Below are positions 43,980 to 48,070 of a DNA stretch of 48,070 bases, in pieces. Position 1 is the stretch's first letter; each line of letters starts with the position of its first letter. The notes under the pieces were generated by a model. That model worked only from the letters and a program-made list of their open reading frames with translations, was not told the DNA's origin and did not search any database. Where the stretch lies: positions 1 to 48,070 of IMG/VR virus record IMGVR_UViG_3300030372_004397. The stretch is one strand, 5' to 3'. The DNA is from a virus (lineage: Duplodnaviria > Caudoviricetes). The position numbers were made by a program, and so were the translations under genes.

Positions 43980-44254
43980 TTTGATCTTCCTTCTGCAAAA
44001 CCTTTAAAAACTCTTTCTTTCTTATCTTCAACGTTTTTACCTTTTAAAATATTTTCTTCTTCTTGTATTCTATTAAGTATTTCAAACGCATCAAATATAG
44101 CTAGTTTTTTAGTAGCTGCAGCATTTTTTAATCTATCAGCAGAAACGTCATCTTCTGTATTAGTAATAATCTTTTCTTTAGCAACGTTGATTAGTTCTTC
44201 AACTGCTTTGTGCCCAGCTTGGATTATAAGTTTCTTCGTTTCCTTGATATTCAT
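43976..44254 (-). CDS. Putative terminase small subunit
   Basis: 92-aa helical protein whose stop overlaps the TerL start (ATGA). Confidence 0.55.
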   Translation of the reverse strand: MNIKETKKLIIQAGHKAVEELINVAKEKIITNTEDDVSADRLKNAAATKKLAIFDAFEILNRIQEEENILKGKNVEDKKERVFKGFAEGRSK

Positions 44255-44789
44255 ATTTAATTGTAATAAATTTAGATAAAACTCTGTATAGTTTTTGGTT
44301 GTCTACTATAAACTCGTATTCACTGCTTGGTGTAAACCCAACAAGATCACCAATTTCTACTGTACCGTCAGAATATTGAATAACACCTTGTAAAGGTTTT
44401 TCTTGTTCAATATTAAACTTGTTTATAGCTTTTAATGGTTTTACAAAACAATAGCCTTTTGGACATAACCACTGATCTTTGTTTTTATATAAAAAAATTT
44501 GATCATAATTAACTATATAAGTGTTTTCATCAAAATAACTTCTACTATTTTTCTCTACACCGTATTGATTATGCCACCTTCTAAAAACATTATGATGTAC
44601 AATAACAGTATCTCCAGCTTTTATATCTGTATTTCCCGCTATAGGTGTAGATATTACAGTTGCTTCTCTATTTACGTATTGATGATTAAATATTTCAGTG
44701 TTAAGTATCAACTCTGAATCACCAACTTTTTTAGTATTGTTATATCTTTCTCCTTTAGGCGTTACAATAAAATTGTGAACGCTTTTCAT
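44199..44789 (-). CDS. Tandem GroES-like (co-chaperonin fold) protein
   Basis: Two similar halves (NFIVTP...IKAGDTVIV; YCFVKP...GVIQY...VEIGDLVGF...YEFIVDNQKLYRV) match the GroES strand pattern. Confidence 0.6.
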   Translation of the reverse strand: MKSVHNFIVTPKGERYNNTKKVGDSELILNTEIFNHQYVNREATVISTPIAGNTDIKAGDTVIVHHNVFRRWHNQYGVEKNSRSYFDENTYIVNYDQIFLYKNKDQWLCPKGYCFVKPLKAINKFNIEQEKPLQGVIQYSDGTVEIGDLVGFTPSSEYEFIVDNQKLYRVLSKFITIKYEYQGNEETYNPSWAQSS

Positions 44790-45010
44790 TAGTATTCTAA
44801 ATTATACTCTACAGATACAGCCATGTTTTTATTAAAGTCTTTCCAAGGTAATACGTCTTTGTTTTTTTTTATATATATAGAATATTTATCATCTTCTTCT
44901 AATATATCACAAATAGTGTGTCCTCCATAAACCTCTTGACCAACAGCGTAATGCATAGCGTCGTTTTTATAGTCTTTACCTACACTAATCTTTCTTATTA
45001 ACTTCGCCAT
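44789..45010 (-). CDS. Hypothetical protein
   Basis: 73-aa beta-rich ORF, translationally coupled on both sides. Confidence 0.65.
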   Translation of the reverse strand: MAKLIRKISVGKDYKNDAMHYAVGQEVYGGHTICDILEEDDKYSIYIKKNKDVLPWKDFNKNMAVSVEYNLEY

Positions 45011-45275
45011 TTTCTTTTATATAATTTATAGTACCGTCTTGAATATTAATATCAGCAGTACCGTATTCTTTTTCAAACTCTGTTTGTTTTTTAGATAAAG
45101 TATCTTGATGACCAGCTATCACGTGTAATAAATGATGTTTTTTAGTTTCCAATATACCCATATCTAATTGAGCTCTATTAATACTATCAATAACACCTTG
45201 TATTTCTTTTAGTTGTTCATCTGTAATTTTCTCAGGTTTTAAGTCAATTACTTCTTCTTTTTTTGTTTTTGCCAT
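44985..45275 (-). CDS. Hypothetical coiled-coil protein
   Basis: 96 aa: helical hairpin followed by EYG..DINIQDGTI. Preceded by a TTAAA-repeat leader. Confidence 0.65.
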   Translation of the reverse strand: MAKTKKEEVIDLKPEKITDEQLKEIQGVIDSINRAQLDMGILETKKHHLLHVIAGHQDTLSKKQTEFEKEYGTADINIQDGTINYIKENGEVNKKD

Positions 45276-45310
45276 AATTATTTAATTTAAGTTAATTTTA
45301 ATTTGTTTAT

Positions 45311-46108
45311 TTATCCTACGTGAAAATGAAAAGCGATCGGATGTATATTGTAAAGCTCATCCCCACTAGCTAAATCACCAGCCGCACCTGCTCCATTTTG
45401 AATTTTCCAAGCAGCAAGATCTGCTGGAACCACATAATCTGTATTACTAGCCGTTGGAGACCCATCAGCTTTGAATACTATAGTATTAGCATCTGCCATA
45501 CTTTCGATTTCACCTAGTATAACACCATCTTCAGCGTGAACAATATCACCTGGTGCGAAAACTAATCTTGGATCAGTTCCCTCTATATCAGCATTTACAA
45601 GTTGTGCTGCTGATAGTCCAGATACATCTACAGCTTGACTTGTTACTACACCTGTGCTAAAAGCAAAAGCACCTTTAGCTATACCAGCTACATATATTTT
45701 AGCTCTATCTGGATTAGATAATATTACTTCTTTTCCCTCAAGAGACGTTGAGGCTATCGTCATATATATTAAATCACCATCTGAATAGTCGCCCTCTGCA
45801 ACTTGAGCAAAACCTATTAAATTGTTTTGCCAACCAGGCGTGTCTACCGCAGCAAATAAATCACCTAAAGTTGTAGGTGCAGTACCATCCTTATCTGAAA
45901 CTGCAAAAAGTAAATCTATACCTTTAGCCGCTTGATCAGCCCCATCAGTTCCTCTTACCGTAGTTGTTATACCGTTTATTTTATTTGCTCTTTCTAAACC
46001 TTTTATTTCAGTCCAGTCAAAAAGAACGTGAGTATCAGCGGCATTACCTGCGTGTTGCGTTGCCGCTGCTATTGTTGGTTTTACTATTACTGTACGTAAA
46101 TTATCCAT
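45311..46108 (-). CDS. Hypothetical protein, probably structural
   Basis: 265 aa, Ala/Asp/Gly-rich with beta propensity. Fills the operon. Confidence 0.55.
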   Translation of the reverse strand: MDNLRTVIVKPTIAAATQHAGNAADTHVLFDWTEIKGLERANKINGITTTVRGTDGADQAAKGIDLLFAVSDKDGTAPTTLGDLFAAVDTPGWQNNLIGFAQVAEGDYSDGDLIYMTIASTSLEGKEVILSNPDRAKIYVAGIAKGAFAFSTGVVTSQAVDVSGLSAAQLVNADIEGTDPRLVFAPGDIVHAEDGVILGEIESMADANTIVFKADGSPTASNTDYVVPADLAAWKIQNGAGAAGDLASGDELYNIHPIAFHFHVG

Positions 46109-46112
46109 AATT

Positions 46113-46505
46113 TTATTTTTTTACTTTTTCAAATGAGCGTCCGCCAAAATAAGCGCCGATCACTGTTATTAATACTAATTGAAGTAAATCAACCCATGAT
46201 GATTTAACTTCAAATTTTAATGCACCAGCATCTATAAAGATTAATAGCATGGTGCATACTATTAAAAATATTAAAGTCATAGGCCTAACATTTTTACTAA
46301 GCCATGAATCTGATTTTAAATCTGCTTCCCAACGAGATGTAATGTTCTTTTCCATTTCAATCTCATAGTTAGCTATTAATTCTTTTACTTTTCTCTCTGC
46401 TTCTAGCTTTTCTTCTTTTGATGTAGTTAAATTATCTATAACTCCACCTACGTTCTTTACTAAGTCTCCAGCACCAGAAGAGAATATTTTTCCTATTATA
46501 CTCAT
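46113..46505 (-). CDS. Holin (GTA-type 3-TM holin family)
   Basis: RWEAD..SDSWLSKNVRP..L, two TM helices and GAYFGGRSFEK. Confidence 0.8.
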   Translation of the reverse strand: MSIIGKIFSSGAGDLVKNVGGVIDNLTTSKEEKLEAERKVKELIANYEIEMEKNITSRWEADLKSDSWLSKNVRPMTLIFLIVCTMLLIFIDAGALKFEVKSSWVDLLQLVLITVIGAYFGGRSFEKVKK

Positions 46506-46511
46506 TTAATT

Positions 46512-46730
46512 TTATTTTTTTGCAAACTTCTCTAATCCGCTTATGCCAAAACAACCTAGCACAACAAATACAAAAGAGTCGTATACAAACTCATTAATTA
46601 CTAGATCTTTACCAGTATAACCAGTGGCAAGATCCATTATCATTATTACACACATTATTGCAAATGCAATAAATCCTACTATAGATTTTTCGTTCCAGTC
46701 GTTGTTATCTTTAAATATGTTCATGTCCAT
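46512..46730 (-). CDS. Small two-TM membrane protein (holin/antiholin-like)
   Basis: Probable start at 46730 or 46724. NEKSIVGF, two hydrophobic helices and GISGLEKF. Adjacent to the holin. Confidence 0.6.
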   Translation of the reverse strand: MDMNIFKDNNDWNEKSIVGFIAFAIMCVIMIMDLATGYTGKDLVINEFVYDSFVFVVLGCFGISGLEKFAKK

Positions 46731-47145
46731 TACTAATATTTGCTTCTTTTTCCCAAGGAAAATCATGGTCACCTGCAGGCTTCCATTTACCGTCTACTAA
46801 TATAGAATCAACACCGTCTACGTTTTTTCTTAAAAACATATCACCGTTATATAATACATAGTCATCTGTGTATGCTAATCTACCTATTTTCATATCAGTA
46901 GAGTGTTTCATTTCGTGATTTATAACTTGTCTTTCTTCAAAACTACCTGGCTTTATTTTATCACTAACATATATACTACCGTCCATATTAGCTTCACCAA
47001 GTATTCCTTCTGCTAAAGGTTTTCTTATAACAGGTGTACCAGGTACAGATGCTTCACTACCAGCCTCTTTACCAAAACGTAGTTTAACTTTAACGTTTCC
47101 GTTAACAGCGTATGGTTTTTTTACTGTTCCTAATTTAAATCCCAT
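46711..47145 (-). CDS. Small zincin-like metallopeptidase
   Basis: GEA..DGSIYV...QVINHEMKH (HExxH) and a downstream PWEKEA third ligand. Confidence 0.72.
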   Translation of the reverse strand: MGFKLGTVKKPYAVNGNVKVKLRFGKEAGSEASVPGTPVIRKPLAEGILGEANMDGSIYVSDKIKPGSFEERQVINHEMKHSTDMKIGRLAYTDDYVLYNGDMFLRKNVDGVDSILVDGKWKPAGDHDFPWEKEANISNGHEHI

Positions 47146-47585
47146 TATCTATCTTTATCTTTTATCATATCATCTATAGCTTTGTTATAAACTTTATCTG
47201 TATATGATTTATTATTAAAAAATATACTACGATCAGATGTTGGTAAATCTTCTTCACCTAAAAGTATTCTGTATATTCTACTTATCATTTGAGAGCATTT
47301 AAAAGAGGTTTTAAACACAGAGTACATAATAGTAGTTCTATTACGATGTCTCCAAGTTTCTATCCAACCATCTCTTCGTAATCTCTCCCATCTTGCTTTA
47401 TCCCAAGAGTACGTATAAACCCCGTTGATAAAATCGTTGCGTGTAAATCTTCCTTTACAATCTAAATAAATTAATAATTCTAAGTCTGCGTCTTTTAACC
47501 CGTAAGTTTTACAGACCCACTTTCTAGTGAGCCTGTAATACTTAAGGATATTCATTTCACGCAAATCTTGCGCGGTTAATCTCAA
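47145..47585 (-). CDS. Hypothetical protein, winged-helix-like DNA-binding candidate
   Basis: Basic protein. GLKDADLELLIYL...FTRNDF...ERLRRDGWIETW resembles the MarR-type wHTH layout. Confidence 0.45.
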   Translation of the reverse strand: MRLTAQDLREMNILKYYRLTRKWVCKTYGLKDADLELLIYLDCKGRFTRNDFINGVYTYSWDKARWERLRRDGWIETWRHRNRTTIMYSVFKTSFKCSQMISRIYRILLGEEDLPTSDRSIFFNNKSYTDKVYNKAIDDMIKDKDR

Positions 47586-47588
47586 CTA

Positions 47589-47918
47589 TTATGAATCAAG
47601 ATCAATGTCAACCGCAGTTATTGTAGCATCTAGATATACACCATCAATATCATCTGCAACTACAATTAAACCATCATTGTACTGAGGTCCAGTAGCATTT
47701 ACAGCTCTAGCTAAAGCTTTCATAATTAAAATTTCACCTCCTGCTCCGTGAGTAAGTGTAATTTTATCTCTTTTGTCTTCAGTTGCGTTTGCGCCTAAAG
47801 TGTTTGCGAAGTTTATTATAGTAGCTGTGTTTGAAGCACAAGTAACACCTATTAAACTATGCACAGGGTACATTGCCACGTCATTATCGCCGTCGTTAAA
47901 ATAAAGAAACTTTTCCAT
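47589..47918 (-). CDS. Small acidic protein, probably virion-associated
   Basis: 109 aa with a long A-rich leader. Confidence 0.55.
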   Translation of the reverse strand: MEKFLYFNDGDNDVAMYPVHSLIGVTCASNTATIINFANTLGANATEDKRDKITLTHGAGGEILIMKALARAVNATGPQYNDGLIVVADDIDGVYLDATITAVDIDLDS

Positions 47919-47998
47919 TTTTTAATTTTTTTTAGTTAATAATTTGTTTTTGTTTTTAAGTTTAAGGTTTCTGGATTCTGGTTTAGGCTTAATATATA

Positions 47999-48022
47999 TA
48001 TATCACATATAAAAGTGATATA
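47999..48022. promoter_or_regulatory. Operator-like inverted repeat
   Basis: TATATCAC-ATATAAAA-GTGATATA: perfect 8-bp arms and an 8-bp spacer in the largest intergenic gap. Confidence 0.45.
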
Positions 48023-48029
48023 ATAAGTT

Positions 48030-48070
48030 TTAGTTAGCGTAAGCAGAGCTAACACTTATAGTTCCACACG
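48030..48070 (-). CDS. 3' end of an upstream gene, truncated by the window edge
   Basis: Minus frame reads ...CGTISVSSAYAN-stop (TAA at 48032-48030) with codons typical of this phage. Confidence 0.45.
   Translation of the reverse strand, partial: CGTISVSSAYAN

Noticed and set aside
1-48070. Stop-codon reassignment as in some crAss-like phages
   Set aside because: Very long genes are intact in the standard code and tile the window. TAG and TGA both end genes at sensible positions (1977, 44985, 43976, 44199).
1-48070. Prophage or mobile-element features, tRNAs, introns, inteins
   Set aside because: No integrase, transposase, att-like repeat or cloverleaf was seen. TerL and the visible part of NrdJ show no obvious interruption.

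Overview
AT-rich (roughly 30% GC by eye) segment of a podovirus-type dsDNA phage genome, most likely infecting marine Bacteroidota (Flavobacteriales). Host evidence: a T9SS sorting signal, Gln-after-signal-peptide exported proteins, an Hc1-like protein and A/T-rich leaders without Shine-Dalgarno motifs. The structural genes resemble the crAss-like / Cellulophaga podophage type. Positions 1-2199 (+) are the end of the replication arm: class II ribonucleotide reductase, a small outer-membrane beta-barrel, a membrane protein and an Hc1-like protein, ending at a shared terminator. Positions 2249-48070 (-) are one long late arm: holin region, tandem GroES-like protein, TerS, TerL, portal, scaffold, major capsid protein, ring proteins, a 3265-aa muzzle-like protein, GNAT, three ejected cargo proteins, an envelope cassette, M15 endolysin, paralogous small virion proteins and a tail fibre. 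Two candidate systems stand out. (1) A 2824-aa cargo polyprotein carries zincin, sigma70-like, PD-(D/E)xK and HAD modules, separated by a recurring [ILV]-K-x-[SA]-[KRL]-G motif that suggests self-processing. (2) A cassette encodes a beta-barrel, a membrane coiled-coil protein, a CxxC-less thioredoxin, a T9SS-sorted Cys-repeat protein and a nuclease. All family calls come from motif recognition by eye; no database searches were run. No tRNA, CRISPR array, integrase or genetic-code reassignment was seen.
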